Of a stretch of DNA of 64,000 nucleotides, positions 39,880-51,560 are shown in pieces. The notes under the pieces were generated by a model that had not been told where the DNA came from, made no database searches, and saw only the letters and a program-made list of their open reading frames with translations. Source of the stretch: Flavobacteriales bacterium Tduv (lineage in GTDB: Bacteria; Bacteroidota; Bacteroidia; Flavobacteriales; Blattabacteriaceae); NCBI GenBank assembly GCA_047528255.1, contig CP180024.1, forward strand, positions 1,046,324 through 1,110,323, written 5' to 3'. The position numbers and the translations under genes were made by a program. How positions within the stretch are numbered: the first letter of the stretch is position 1; the number at the start of each line of letters is the position of its first letter.

Positions 39880-40407
39880 TTATTTCTTGCTCCAAACAGT
39901 TTGTAATATATAATCTTTAGCTTGGGGTCCTGTTGTCTTCCCTGAGAATTCTAGAGTCATTTCTTTTTCTTTAAATTCTTTAACTACAAAATTCAGAGTG
40001 TTTTTATTTGGAGCATTGAATATGATCTTTTTAGTTCCTTCCTCAAATCTGTAAGTAGTCTCAGGTATTTCCGATACACTAGTTCCTAGTTCAATGGCAT
40101 CCCTTTTAACAAGAAATATTTTTCCTGATATTTTATCAGATTTAAGATCAAGATATTGAGCTTTTTGAGGGGTGTTCAAATTTAGATTTGCTAGAACTTT
40201 ATCTTTTCCACCCAGTTTAGCAGACTTTATTTTCCAACTCCCTGTTATACATTCCTTCTTAATATTAGTGGAACAATTCTCTACTTTTTGTTTCTTTTCA
40301 TTTTTAGCAAGATCTACCTTAACAGGTGCTTTTTCTTTTTTCTCATCATTACAGGACATAATCAAAAATGCTGCAAGAAAAACATGTGAAAATCTCATAA
40401 TTATCAT
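39880..40407 (-). CDS. lipocalin-like domain lipoprotein (hypothetical)
   Basis: The ORF track extends to 40518, but the internal start MIIMRFSHVFLAAFLIMSC gives a signal peptide with a lipobox Cys. A Lys/Glu-rich linker follows, then ..CITGSWKIKSAKLGG.., which is typical of lipocalin-like domains of Bacteroidota lipoproteins. Confidence 0.65.
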   Translation of the reverse strand: MIIMRFSHVFLAAFLIMSCNDEKKEKAPVKVDLAKNEKKQKVENCSTNIKKECITGSWKIKSAKLGGKDKVLANLNLNTPQKAQYLDLKSDKISGKIFLVKRDAIELGTSVSEIPETTYRFEEGTKKIIFNAPNKNTLNFVVKEFKEKEMTLEFSGKTTGPQAKDYILQTVWSKK

Positions 40408-40626
40408 TGATTTTAAATTTTCATAAATAAGAACAAACATTCCTCTATCGAGGAGAGACCATCCAAAGCTACTACAATTCTTTCGAAAAATGATGAGCCG
40501 AAGGTCCGATAATCTCATTTTTGATCTCTCTATACATTCTTTTCTACTCTTAATGCAGCTTTAAAGGGAAAATATCTTTTTTTTTTGCCTGCCTCAAGAT
40601 AACTTTACGATGATTTTACTTATAGC

Positions 40627-41389
40627 GAAAATGTTGCATGAGAGAAGGCTAAAATATTTGTAAATCAATATATTGTTTCCTGTATTTAGAGTAGGAAAAA
40701 CTCGAATACATTCTCAGAAGCAACGCAAAAATAAGATTTAGTTAACTATATATGGAACATTCTACCAGAAGGCGTGATTTTTTCAAAAGGTTAAACACCT
40801 GATCCACTGGGAAGGGATGGAGAAAGAAATAAGAAAAATATATCAAAAAGGGCAGGAAATAAAAGACCAACTTGGTTACAGTGGAATATCGTTATTTAAG
40901 ATGATTCTTTTGAGTGATTGGTATGATCTCAGTGATGTAGGTACGGAAGAATTGGTGAAAGAATTCTTGATATGCATGCGCTTTTGTGATTTTTGATTGG
41001 AAGATCAGATATCAAGATCATACAACTCTATGCAGAGTTCGTAATGAAATAGTAGCCAAAAAAGCATATAAGCGCTTACTGAAAAAGATCAATAAGGAAT
41101 TAGAAACACATCAGGTTATAGTTAAAACAGAAGTAATAGTAGATACGCGTATTACAGTGATGCCTTTGCTCTCAAGGGAGCTCTTACCTACGTAGTGTAG
41201 GATCGGAAAGAAGAGGAAAAGTAAATCACTCAAAGAAAAGAAAGGGAAAAAAGAGACTTAATCAGGAGTAGACACTCAAGGAAAATGTCTTAAGAAATCA
41301 GGTAACTCTACTACGGATACTAGAAGTATATAGCGTAGCCGACAATGAACATGATAGTAGAGGGCTAAAGCCATTAATAAGCAAACTAG
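40627..41389 (+). mobile_element. IS5-family IS, copy R, 5' ~760 bp, truncated by copy S
   Basis: Starts GAAAATGTTGCATGAGAGAAGGC. It carries ..KEIRKIYQKGQEIKDQLGYSGISLFKMILLSDWYDLSDVGTEELVKEF.. and ORF 40986..41195 (..HTTLCRVRNEIVAKKAYKRLLKKINKELETHQVIVKTEVIVDTRITV). It stops at ..AAGCAAACTAGG. Confidence 0.85.
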
Positions 41390-42663
41390 GAGACCATTGT
41401 GTTAATGGTGAATTACGTTTATTCAGACTTCTAGATGGCTTCGTTAGAGAAAATGTAGATTTAGTCTTTCACATTGTATTCGAAATACTGTTATTTATAA
41501 ATTAATTAATTATATCTATTTTTATAGACAGCGCATAATAATTCCAGGGGAACGGTACAAATTATGCGCTATAGCCTCCATAAGATGCTGGGCATGCACA
41601 CGAGATAATACCTTTGTAAAGATCCTTTCCTGATCTAAACCAACGCTTTATATTGCCAAAAGTACGTTCTACTACTCATCGGGTTTAACTCACTAATTAT
41701 GTTGAATAACATAGATACCCCTACTTAGGTCCGGTTCCTATAGGCTTTCTTCTGTATACGCTCTTTGATCCTTTTACTATGAAAGTAAGACACGTTGGCT
41801 GGCACTTGATAATATTTGTCTTCCTATACTTCTCTGGGTTTATATCCTAGTTTGCTTATTAATTGCTTTAGGGCCTCTATTATCATGCTCATTGGCGGCT
41901 ACGTTATGTATTGCTAGTATCATTCTATTTTTTATTCAGACCTATGTGCTTTTTGTATCCGTAGTAAAGTTTACCTGATTTCTTGAGCCATTTTCCTTGA
42001 GTATCTATTCCTGATTGAGTCTCTTTTTTACCCTTGCTTTTCTTTGAGTGATTTGCTTTTTCCCCTCTTCCTTCCGATCCTTGACTACGTAGATAGGAGA
42101 GCCCTTTGGAGAAAAGGCCTCACTGTAATACTGGCATCTACTATCACTCCTATTTTAACTATATCCTGATTCTTTTTTAATTTTTTATTGATCTTTTTCA
42201 GTAAGTGCTCACATGCCTTTTTGGCTACTATTTCATTGCGAACTCTGCATAGAGTCGTATGATATGGGATCTAATCTTTTAATCGAAAACCACAAAATTG
42301 CATGCAGCTCAAGGATTTTTTCACCAATTCTTCCATCCCTACATCACTGAAATCATACCAGTGAGTCAAAAGCATTATCTTAAATAACGATATACCACTT
42401 TATGCAGCTTGTCCTTTTATTCCCTATCCTTTTTGATATATTTTTCTTATTTTTTTTCTATCCTTTCCCAGTGGATCAAAGTTTTTAACATTTTGAAAAC
42501 TCACTACCTTCTGGTAGATCGTTCCACATATAGTTCACTAAAGCTTATTTGTTCGATGCTTCTGAGCATAGAGACGAATTTTTTTATTTTATACTCCATA
42601 TATACGAAACAATATATTGATATAGACAAATATTTTAAACTCCTTCTCCCATGCAACGTTCTC
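41390..42663 (-). mobile_element. IS5-family IS, copy S, full length (~1274 bp), degraded
   Basis: Termini are (G)AGACCATTGTGTTAATGGTGAATTACG at about 41390 and ..CCCATGCAACGTTCTC at 42663. No ORF longer than about 90 aa lies in the transposase frame. Confidence 0.9.
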
Positions 42664-42847
42664 AAATGGTAAAATCAGGAAATAAAACAAAATTAAAATG
42701 TATCTTACTAGAAATGAATCTGTTATCAAATCGCTGTTTTTATTTTTGAAAGAGGTTACCTAAATTTGTCGATACTTATCTAAAATTTGAGAATTCTTTT
42801 GAACTAATTTATACTTATTTCCGGACATAGGATCAGATTATAAATTT

Positions 42848-43282
42848 TTAGTTTCCACTTTTCTTCTTACCCACTTTTTGGTATAGTTTCCTTTTTCCTA
42901 TATATTTTGGGCTAATAGTCATAAAAAAGGCTTGAGGATCGTTAGTTTTTTCTCGGATGTTTTTCAGTCTCTTTTTTTCCGTTACGATAAAGAGCTCTTC
43001 GTTATCACGTTTCATGTAAAAGCGTTCTCGCGCTACTTTTTCTAAGTAACCTAGTTCTGTATGTATCTTATTGAGTTGATCCTTTTCTGTAGTTATCTTC
43101 TTTTTTAAATAGGCTTGTTCAGATTTCATTTTTTTGATATCTTTTTCGAGATTCCAATGTATCATGAACGAATTTGTATCAAAAAAGATCATCCACAGTA
43201 GGAAAAAGGTTCCGGTCCAGAAATATTTGCTCTTTAAAAGGGGCTTTAGCTTGAGCCCTTCTTTTGCATCGAACTTTTCCAT
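42848..43282 (-). CDS. septum formation initiator family protein (FtsB/DivIC-like)
   Basis: 144-aa ORF with an N-terminal TM helix (FWTGTFFLLWMIFF), then a coiled coil and ..LEKVARERFYMKRDNEELFIV.., typical of the family. Confidence 0.75.
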   Translation of the reverse strand: MEKFDAKEGLKLKPLLKSKYFWTGTFFLLWMIFFDTNSFMIHWNLEKDIKKMKSEQAYLKKKITTEKDQLNKIHTELGYLEKVARERFYMKRDNEELFIVTEKKRLKNIREKTNDPQAFFMTISPKYIGKRKLYQKVGKKKSGN

Positions 43283-43401
43283 AGACCTCTTTGTTATATC
43301 GAGGTAAGCAAAGTTACGATTACTTTTCTGCTCTGATTCTATTTTGGATTAACGACTTCAATATCCTTATCATCACGTCGTTTTTGAGGTATGTTCGGTA
43401 T

Positions 43402-44687
43402 GAGAACATTGTATTAATGGTGAAATAGGTTTATTTACTATTCTAGATGGGTTTTTGTTGGAGAACAATGTAGATTTAGCCTTTCACATTGCATTCTAAA
43501 AATATTTATTATAAATAAATATAATTATATTTTTTTTTATGAACAGCGCATAATAATAGCAGGGGTACGATAATAAATTATGAGCTATAGTCTACATAAG
43601 ATGCTGGGCATGAGCACGAACAAATCGTTTGTAACGAACCTTTCCTGTTACAGGCCAACGCTTTATACTGCCATAAGTACGTTCTACTACCCTCGGGGTT
43701 TACTCACTAATTTATTGAATAATATAGCTATACTACTTAAGGGACGTCGTTCCTATAGGTCTCTTCTGTATAGGGTCTTTGATGCCTCGACTATGAAAGT
43801 AAGACACGTTGGCTGGAAATTGGTAACCTTTGTCTGCATATACTCTCTCTGATTTTACATCCTATTTTTCTTATTAATGGCTTTAGTACTCTACTATCAT
43901 GTATTCATTGGCGGCTAGGCTATGTACTGATAGTATCATTCCATTTTTATAAACTCTCCCCCCTATGTGCTTCTTGTATCTGTAGTAGAGTTACCGCTTT
44001 CTTAGACCATTTTCCTTGAGTTTCTATTCCTGATTGAGTCTCTTTTTTTCCCTATCTTTTCTTTGATTGATTTGCTTTTCCGATTTTTCCTTCCGATCCT
44101 CTACTACGTAGGTAGGAACTACCTTGGGAGCAAGGTAAGTCACTGTGATACTGAAATCTACTATCACTCCTGTTTTGGAGTATAACCTGATACTTTTCTA
44201 ATTCCTTATTAATATTTTTCAGTAACCGATCATATGCCTTTTTGGCTACTATTTCATTGCGAAATTTGCATAGAGTCGTATGATCTGGGATTTGATCTTC
44301 CAATCGGAAATCACAAAAAATCATGCCCCTATGGAATCTTTTACCAATTTTTTCCTTCCTACATCACTGAGATCATACCAGAGAATCAAAAGAATCATCT
44401 TAAATAACGATATTCCACTGTAAGCAGGTTGGTTTTTTATTCCCTGGCCTTTTTGATATATTTTTCTTATTTCTTTCTTCATTCCCTACCAGTGGATTAC
44501 TGGTGTTTAAACTTTTGAAAAACTCGCTACGTTCTGGTAGAACGTTCCATATATTCTTCACTAAATCTTAGTTGCACAGTACTTCTGAGTATAAATTTAT
44601 ATTTTTTATTTTAATACTCTAAAAATATACGAAATAATATATTGATTTATAAATATTTTTAACATTATTATCTCATACAACGTTCTC
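43402..44687 (-). mobile_element. IS5-family IS, copy T, full length (~1286 bp), degraded
   Basis: Termini are GAGAACATTGTATTAATGGTGAAATAGG at 43402 and ..CTCATACAACGTTCTC at 44687. The 90-aa fragment 44052..44324 carries ..LEDQIPDHTTLCKFRNEIVAKKAYDRLLKNINKELEKYQVIL... Confidence 0.9.
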
Positions 44688-44757
44688 TCTACATCGTCTC
44701 CAACGAAGCCATCTAAGATGGTTGAATAAATGTAATCCCCCTTAACACAATGGTCTC
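44688..44757 (+). mobile_element. IS5-family IS, 3'-terminal 70-bp fragment (U)
   Basis: TCTACATCGTCTCCAACGAAGCCATCTAAGATGGTTGAATAAATGTAATCCCCCTTAACACAATGGTCTC matches the IRR end, directly abutting copy T. Confidence 0.75.
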
Positions 44758-44909
44758 GTCATACAGTCTTTGATCTTGTCTCTTGTCGGTGGCTTTCATG
44801 GGGGCTGATGTCTTTTTCATTATGGAAACGGTTGGCCGATAAGAAAGCTTGAAAAGCCTAGCGCGTTTTCGTAAGGATTTGAACGATAAGGTGATGGGGT
44901 AAAACCCTT

Positions 44910-46202
44910 TCATGAGTGCATCAAAACTTCGATCTCCTCGGACAGGACAGGAATATTTTTCATCAGATTCAGTGGCGCTCCGTTTTTTTGGATGACGTAG
45001 TTGTCCTCGATTCTAATTCCTAACTTTTCATTAGGGATGTAAATGCCCGGTTCTATGGTAAATACCATCCCAGCTTGAAAAGACTCCGATAGAATACCGT
45101 AATCATGGGTGTCAAGCCCCAGGTGGTGAGATGTTCCGTGCATTAAGTACTTTTTATAGGCCGGTTGTTTCGGATTTTCGTTTTGTACGTCGGCTTGGTC
45201 CAGCAATCCCAAACCGATCAATTCAGCTGTCATGATTCTTCCCACCTCTTTGTTATAATATTTCCAATTGTTTCCAGGTACGAGCATGTCGGAGGCTTGA
45301 TCTTTGACTCTCAAAACGGCGTTATAAATCCGACGTTGACGCTCGGTGTATCGCCCGTTTATCGGTACGGTACGTGTCAAATCAGCGCTATAATTAGCAT
45401 AACAAGCTCCGACGTCGATAAGTAACAATTCTCCGTCTCTGCAGGATTGGTTGTTTTCAATGTAGTGCAAGATACAAGCATTGTGACCGCTAGCTATAAT
45501 TGGCGTGTAGGCGAAACCGTTGGCACGATTTCGTAGAAATTCATGCGCCCATTCGGCTTCAATTTCGTATTCTCCAACTCCCGGCTTTATAAAATTCAAA
45601 ACTCTGCGAAATCCTTTTTCGGTGATGTCACAAGATGTTTGGATTTGAGTGATTTCTTCAGCCTCTTTAATCGATCGTAAATGCTGTAGTATCAGGTTGC
45701 TCCGCTTGTATTCATGTAGTGGGTATTGCTTTAGAAGTTTTTTGACAAAGCGATCTTCACGTGTTTGTACCTCGCGTGTAGCTGTGTAATGCTCATTAAG
45801 GTTTAGGTAGACTTTCTCGGCTTCTGCCATGAGATTATAGAGAACCTTTTCGAATTGATCAATCCAATATATAGTTTTTATACCTGAGAATTGTGTAGCT
45901 TTTTTTTGAGTGAGTTTGGCTCCTTCCCATATTGCGATATGTTCGTTGGTCTCCTTGAGAAAGAGGATTTCTCGATAATCTTCTTGAAATGCATCCGGAA
46001 ACAATACGAGAATGCTTTCCTCTTGGTCGATTCCTGAGAGATAGAAAATATCGCGATGTTGATGAAAGGGAAAAGTTCTATCCGCGCTGATGGAGTAGAT
46101 ATCATTGGAATTAAATATTGCCAGGGATTTTCTGTCTAAACGTTCGGAAAATTTTTTACGGTTTTTGATAAAGAGCTCTTGGGGTAAAGGAGAATATTTC
46201 AT
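44910..46202 (-). CDS. pepP: Xaa-Pro aminopeptidase (M24B family)
   Basis: 430-aa ORF with metal-ligand blocks IDVGACYANYSADLTRT, HGTSHHLGLDTHD, EPGIYIP and RIEDN. Confidence 0.85.
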   Translation of the reverse strand: MKYSPLPQELFIKNRKKFSERLDRKSLAIFNSNDIYSISADRTFPFHQHRDIFYLSGIDQEESILVLFPDAFQEDYREILFLKETNEHIAIWEGAKLTQKKATQFSGIKTIYWIDQFEKVLYNLMAEAEKVYLNLNEHYTATREVQTREDRFVKKLLKQYPLHEYKRSNLILQHLRSIKEAEEITQIQTSCDITEKGFRRVLNFIKPGVGEYEIEAEWAHEFLRNRANGFAYTPIIASGHNACILHYIENNQSCRDGELLLIDVGACYANYSADLTRTVPINGRYTERQRRIYNAVLRVKDQASDMLVPGNNWKYYNKEVGRIMTAELIGLGLLDQADVQNENPKQPAYKKYLMHGTSHHLGLDTHDYGILSESFQAGMVFTIEPGIYIPNEKLGIRIEDNYVIQKNGAPLNLMKNIPVLSEEIEVLMHS

Positions 46203-46308
46203 GGGTGAATTTTTGACGTGTAAGTTATAAAAGTAAAGTTTTTTTACTGTAATTCGGTAGGGGGATGAAATTTGGTTGATTATTTTTAATCATAATAGGA
46301 GAAGGTTT

Positions 46309-46455
46309 CGAGTCATTTTACTTGAGTGTCTACTCCTTATTGAGCCTCTTTTTTCCTTTCTTTTCTTTTACTGATTTGCTTTTTTCCCTCTTCCTTCCGA
46401 TCCTCCACTACGGAGGTAGGAGTTCCTTTGGGAACAAAGGGATCAATCTAATAGT
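46309..46455 (-). mobile_element. IS5-family IS, internal fragment V (~150 bp)
   Basis: This is the reverse complement of the ..PKGTPTSVVEDRKEEGKKQISKRKERKK.. region (CTTGAGTGTCTACTCCTTATTGAGCC..TCCGATCCTCCACTACGGAGGTAGGAG..). Confidence 0.7.
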
Positions 46456-46989
46456 GAGACCATTGAGACTATTTTTTAATAATGGATTACGTTTATTCAC
46501 CATCCTAGATGGCTCGTTAGAGCCTATATATATTTAATTTTTCATATTGTATTCGAAATACTATTGATTATAAATTAATTAATTATATCTATGTTTATGA
46601 ACAGCTCATAATAACACCAGGGACACTATATAAATTATGAGCCATACCCTCCATAAGAGGCTGGTCGTGAACACGAGCTAATCCTTTGTAACGATCCTTG
46701 CCTCATCCAAACCAACGCTTTATACTGCCAAAAATACGTTCTACCACCCATCGGTATTTACTCACTAATTTATTGAATAATATAGCTATTCTACTTAAGG
46801 AACGGTTCTTATAGTTTTTTTTCTGTATACGGTCTTTGATACTTCGACTATGAAAGTAAGACACGTTAGCTGGAACTTGGTAACCTTTATTTTCCTATAC
46901 TTCTCTGGGGTATAACCCCCCTAGTTTGCTTATTAATAGTTTTAGCCCTCTACTATCATATTTATTGGTTGCTACGACTATGTACTGCT
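46456..46989 (-). mobile_element. IS5-family IS, copy W, 3' ~530 bp
   Basis: The IRR GAGACCATTG is followed by an extra degenerate unit AGACTATTTT before ..TTAATAATGGATTACG. The copy runs to ..GCTACGACTATGTACTGCT, where copy X takes over. Confidence 0.8.
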
Positions 46990-48114
46990 GCTCAAGGCCA
47001 GTGGAACGATACAAATTATGCGCTATAGCCTCCATAAGATGCTATGTATGTATACGAGCTAATCCTTTTGTAAGGATTCCTTATCTGATTAAACTAGCGC
47101 TTTATACTGTCAAAAGTGAATTCTACTATCCATCGGGTTTTACTCATTAATTATGTTGAATAATATAGTTATACCTACTTAATGTACGGTCCTATAGACT
47201 TTCGTCTGTAGACGATCTTTGATGTCTCGATTATGAAAGTACGACACGTTGGCTGGAACTTGGTAATCTTTGTCTGCATATATTTCTCTGGTTTTATATC
47301 CTAGTTTGCTTATTAAAGGCTTTAGCTCTCTACTATCATGTTCATTGGCATCTACACTATGTACAGCTAGTATCATTCCATTTTTATACCCCCTATGTGC
47401 TTCTTGTATCCGTAGTAGAGTTTACCTGATTTCTTGATCCATTTTTCTTGAGTTTCTACTTTTGATTGAGTCTTTTTTTTTACCCTTTCTTTTTTTTGAT
47501 TGATTTGCTTTTTCCCCTCTTCCTTCTGATTCTATTATTACTAGGTAGGATCCCCTATTGGGAGTAGGGTCCTCACTGTAATACTGGAACCTAACTATCA
47601 CTCTTGTTTTAACTATTGTATGATGCTTTTCTAATTCCTTATTGATCTTTTTCAGTAAGCTCTCATATTCCTTTTTGGAATACTATTTCATTGCTAAATC
47701 TGCATAGATTCGTATGATCTGAGATCTAATTTTCCAATCGAAAACCACAAAAACGCATGCAGCTCAAGGATTTTTTCACTAATTCTTCTGTTCCTATCTA
47801 CTGAGATCATACCAGTGACTTAAAAAAATAATCGTAAATAACGATATTCCACTGTAAGTAGGTTGTCCTTTTATTACCTGGCCTTTTTGATATATTTTTT
47901 TATTTCTTTCTCCATCCCTTCCTAGTGAATCAAGATTTTTAAACTTTTGAAAAAATCACTCTTTCTAGTAGAAGCATCTATATATAGTTCACTAAAGCTT
48001 ATTTTCGCGGTGTTTCTGAGTATAAAGCCGAGTTTTTTATTTTCTACTCCAAATAGCCGAAACAATATGTTGATTTACAAATATTTTAACATCCTTCTCT
48101 CATGCAACGTTCTC
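46990..48114 (-). mobile_element. IS5-family IS, copy X, lacks about 150 bp of its 3' end, degraded
   Basis: Begins at ..CCAGTGGAACGATACAAATTATGCGC and runs to the left end ..CTCATGCAACGTTCTC at 48114. The fragment 47179..47376 carries ..ANEHDSRELKPLISKLGYKTREIYADKDYQVPANVSYFHNRDIKDR... Confidence 0.85.
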
Positions 48115-48356
48115 GGCTCCTTATAAAGGATTAGCGCGTGTGCATGTCAAGCATCTTATGGAGGGGAACTATATCCCATAATTTATATCGTACCGCTGGT
48201 ATTATTATTCGCTGTTCATAAAAATAGATATAATTAGTTGATTTATAATTAATAATATCTCGAATACAATATGAAAGATTAAGATCTACATCGTTCTCCA
48301 ACGAAGCCATCTAGGATGACTGAATAAAAGTAATTCACGATTAATACAATGGTCTC
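48115..48356 (+). mobile_element. IS5-family IS, 3' fragment Y (~240 bp)
   Basis: GGCTCCTTATAAAGGATTAGCGCGTGTGCATGTCAAGCATCTTATGGAGG.. runs through to ..CGATTAATACAATGGTCTC at 48356. Confidence 0.8.
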
Positions 48357-48466
48357 CGATTATAACCGTTGAAAGGTAGAAAAAAACATCAGGTTTTTTC
48401 TATCGATATGCTCCGGTTTTTTTTCATTCTTTGAATGAGTCTTTTCTGGGTGTAGATTTGTGATCT

Positions 48467-49843
48467 ATGCTTCACACCGATACTATTGTTGCTTTGGCTA
48501 CTCCTGATGGAGTAGGAGCTATCGCCGTCCTTCGCCTTTCGGGATCTGATTCCATATTGATTGTGGATAAAATATTTCGTTCATCTCGATCTGGAAAAGA
48601 GTTGAAGGATCAGAATTCTCATACCGTTCATTTGGGGGAATTGTTTGACGGAAACACGATTTTGGATCAGGTTTTGGTTTCTTTGTTCAAAGCGCCGCAT
48701 TCTTATACGGGTGAAGATATGGTGGAAATTTCTTGTCACGGTTCTCCATACATTCGGCAGCGAATTTTACAGTTCTGCATCAGAAACGGGGCACGTTCGG
48801 CTCGCGCCGGAGAATTCACGATGCGCTCCTTCCTCAATGGGAAGATGAATCTTACTCAGGCAGAAGCTGTGGCCGATTTAATCGCTTCGGAATCCGAAGC
48901 GACTCATCAGGTGGCTATGAGGCAGTTACGGGGTGGGGTTTCCGACCGTATCAAAAAGTTACGGGGTGAATTGCTCGATTTTGCTTCGCTCATTGAACTC
49001 GAACTGGATTTTTCCGAAGAAGATGTAACTTTTGCCGATCGTTCGCAGTTGTACCGTCTTTTGGATAGGTTGGAGGATGATTTGAAGTTATTGATCAATT
49101 CGTTTACTTCGGGAAATGCAATCAAGCAAGGTATACCGGTGGCTATTGTAGGCGCCCCCAACGCAGGGAAGTCTACATTACTGAATGTGTTGTTGAATGA
49201 GGAACGTGCTATCGTTTCGGATATGGCGGGTACCACGAGGGACGCTATCGAAGAGGATATTATTTTGGAGGGCATACGCTTTCGTTTCATCGATACGGCC
49301 GGTATTCGTCAAACGACTGATCAAATTGAGAGCATCGGTATTCAGAGGACTTTTGAAAAAATACGACAGGCTCGGATAGTTCTTTATCTGTTTGACGCGA
49401 CTGCTTTTGATGAAGATAGAGTTTGGTCCGAGCTTGCAGATATTCAGTCCGAATATCCTGAGAAGGATTTTTTTGTAATAGCCAATAAATCGGATCTTTC
49501 TTCGGTTGACTTTCGACAAGCTTCTCCCGAAAATTTTCTCTCCATTTCGGCTAAGCGAATTGAAGGTATCGAAGAGTTGAGGAAGGCTTTGACTGATTTA
49601 ATCAATCGCGAGGCTTTGAACGGGCAGGGTGTGACGCTTGCTCAAGGCAGATATTATGAGGCTTTGCAAAAAGCATTTGATGCCCTGCTTAATATTCATA
49701 GCGGGCTAGATCGTGGAATGTCAGGAGATTTAGTTGCTGTGGATACCCGAAGGGCTCTTTATTATTTAGGAGAGATAACGGGGGAGATAACAAGCAATGA
49801 TTTGTTGGAGAACATCTTCTCTCGTTTTTGTATAGGAAAGTAA
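48467..49843 (+). CDS. mnmE: tRNA uridine-5-carboxymethylaminomethyl(34) synthesis GTPase
   Basis: 458-aa ORF with an N-terminal THF-binding domain, the G domain (GAPNAGKSTLLN, DTAGIR, NKSD) and the C-terminal CIGK motif. Confidence 0.95.
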   Translation: MLHTDTIVALATPDGVGAIAVLRLSGSDSILIVDKIFRSSRSGKELKDQNSHTVHLGELFDGNTILDQVLVSLFKAPHSYTGEDMVEISCHGSPYIRQRILQFCIRNGARSARAGEFTMRSFLNGKMNLTQAEAVADLIASESEATHQVAMRQLRGGVSDRIKKLRGELLDFASLIELELDFSEEDVTFADRSQLYRLLDRLEDDLKLLINSFTSGNAIKQGIPVAIVGAPNAGKSTLLNVLLNEERAIVSDMAGTTRDAIEEDIILEGIRFRFIDTAGIRQTTDQIESIGIQRTFEKIRQARIVLYLFDATAFDEDRVWSELADIQSEYPEKDFFVIANKSDLSSVDFRQASPENFLSISAKRIEGIEELRKALTDLINREALNGQGVTLAQGRYYEALQKAFDALLNIHSGLDRGMSGDLVAVDTRRALYYLGEITGEITSNDLLENIFSRFCIGK

Positions 49844-49854
49844 CCTGTTGATGT

Positions 49855-51024
49855 GAGAACGTTGCATGAGCAAATTAGGCTAAAATATTTGTAAATCAAT
49901 ATATTATTTCGTATATTTGGAGTATAAAATAAAAAAATTCGGCTCTATGTTCAGAGCACCGAACAAATAAGTTTTAGTGAACTATATATGGAACGTTCTA
50001 CCAGAAGGTAGTGTGTTTTTCAAAAGGTTAAACACCTTGATCCACTGGAAAGGGATGGAAAAAGAAATAAGAAAAATATATCAAAAAGGTCAGAGAATAA
50101 AAGGCCAACCTGCTTACAGTGGTAATATCGTTATTTAAGATGATGCTTTTGAGTCACTAGTATGATCTCAGTGATGTAGGAACGGAAAATCGGTGAAAAA
50201 ATCCTTGAGCTGCATGCGATTTTGTGATTTTCGATTGGAAAATTAGATCCCAAATCATACGATTCTATGCAGATTTCGCAATGAAATAGAGCCAAAAAGG
50301 CATATGAACGCTTATTTAAAAAGATCAATAAGGAACTAGGAAAGCATTAGGAGATAGTTAAAACAGAAATTATAGTAGATCCCAGTATTACAGTGAGTCC
50401 CCTTGCTCCCAAGAGGCTCCTACCTACGTAGGTGGAGGATCGGAAGGAGAGGGACAAAAGCAAATTAGTCAAAGAAAAGAAAGGGTAAAAAAAAGAGACT
50501 CAATAAGGAGTAGAAACTTTAGGAAAATGGCTCAAGAAATCAGGTAAACTCTACCACGGATACAAAAAGCACATAGGGGGTATAAAAATAGAATGATACT
50601 AGCTGTACATATCGTAGCAGCCAATGAATATGATAGTAGAGGCCTAAAGCAATTAATAAGCAAACTAGAATATAAAGCCAGAGAAGTATATGCAGACAAA
50701 GGTTACCAAGTGCCAGTCAACGTGTCTTACTTTTATAGTCAAGGCATCAAATACTGTATACAGAAGAAAGCCTAGAGGAACCGTCTCTTAAGTAGGATCC
50801 TTATATTATTCAATAAATTAGTTAGTAAAACTCCGATGAATAGTAGAACGCACTTTTGTCAGTTAAAGCGTTGGTTCTGGATCATAAAATGATCCTTATA
50901 AAGGATTAGCTCGTGTACATGACCAGCATCTTATGGAGGCTATGGTTCATAATTTGTGTCGTTTCTCCTACGATCATTATGTCTGTTTATAAAAATAAAT
51001 GTAATTAATTGATTAATACGTAAT
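49855..51024 (+). mobile_element. IS5-family IS, copy Z, lacks the last ~100 bp, degraded
   Basis: Starts GAGAACGTTGCATGAGC 11 nt after the mnmE stop. The fragment 50593..50775 carries MILAVHIVAANEYDSRGLKQLISKLEYKAREVYADKGYQVPVNVSYF. The copy breaks inside the AT-rich tail near 51024. Confidence 0.85.
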
Positions 51025-51533
51025 AGCAGCCAACGAGCATGATAGTAGAGGGCTAAAGCCATTAATAAGCAAAATAGGATTAAACTTAGAAAAGTATATG
51101 CAGACAAAGGTTACCAAGTGCCAGTCAACGTGTCTTATTTTCATAGTAGAGGCATCAATGCCCGCATACAGAAAAGAACACCTATAGGAACCGTTTCTTA
51201 AGTAGAGATAGCTATATTATTCAACAAATGAGTGACTAAAACCCGATGGGTAGTAGAACGTACTTTTAGAAGTTAAATCCTTGGTTTAGATCAGGAAAAG
51301 TTCTAAAAAGGATTAGCTCGGTGAGCATGACCAGCCTCTTATGGGAGGCTATAGCTCATAAGTTGTATAGTAGCCCTGGAATCATTATGAGCTATTCATA
51401 AAAATAAATATAATTAATTAGCTTATAATCAATATATTTCAAATACGATGTGAAAGATTCAATTTACATCGTTTCCAACAAAGCCCATCTAGGATGCGCT
51501 TAATAAACATAATTCACCTTAAAACAATGCTCT
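51025..51533 (+). mobile_element. IS5-family IS, 3' fragment AA (~510 bp)
   Basis: Starts AGCAGCCAACGAGCATGATAGTAGAGGGCTAAAGCC and ends ..CACCTTAAAACAATGCTCT, 28 nt before the metK stop. Confidence 0.8.
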
Positions 51534-51560
51534 AAAAAGTATTCAAAGTAAAAAATATCT

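Noticed and set aside
44713-44913. The 66-aa basic ORF whose start overlaps the pepP stop.
   Set aside because: Its 3' third is made of IS fragment U read out of frame. It has no recognisable family features, so it is most likely a chance ORF created by the insertion.
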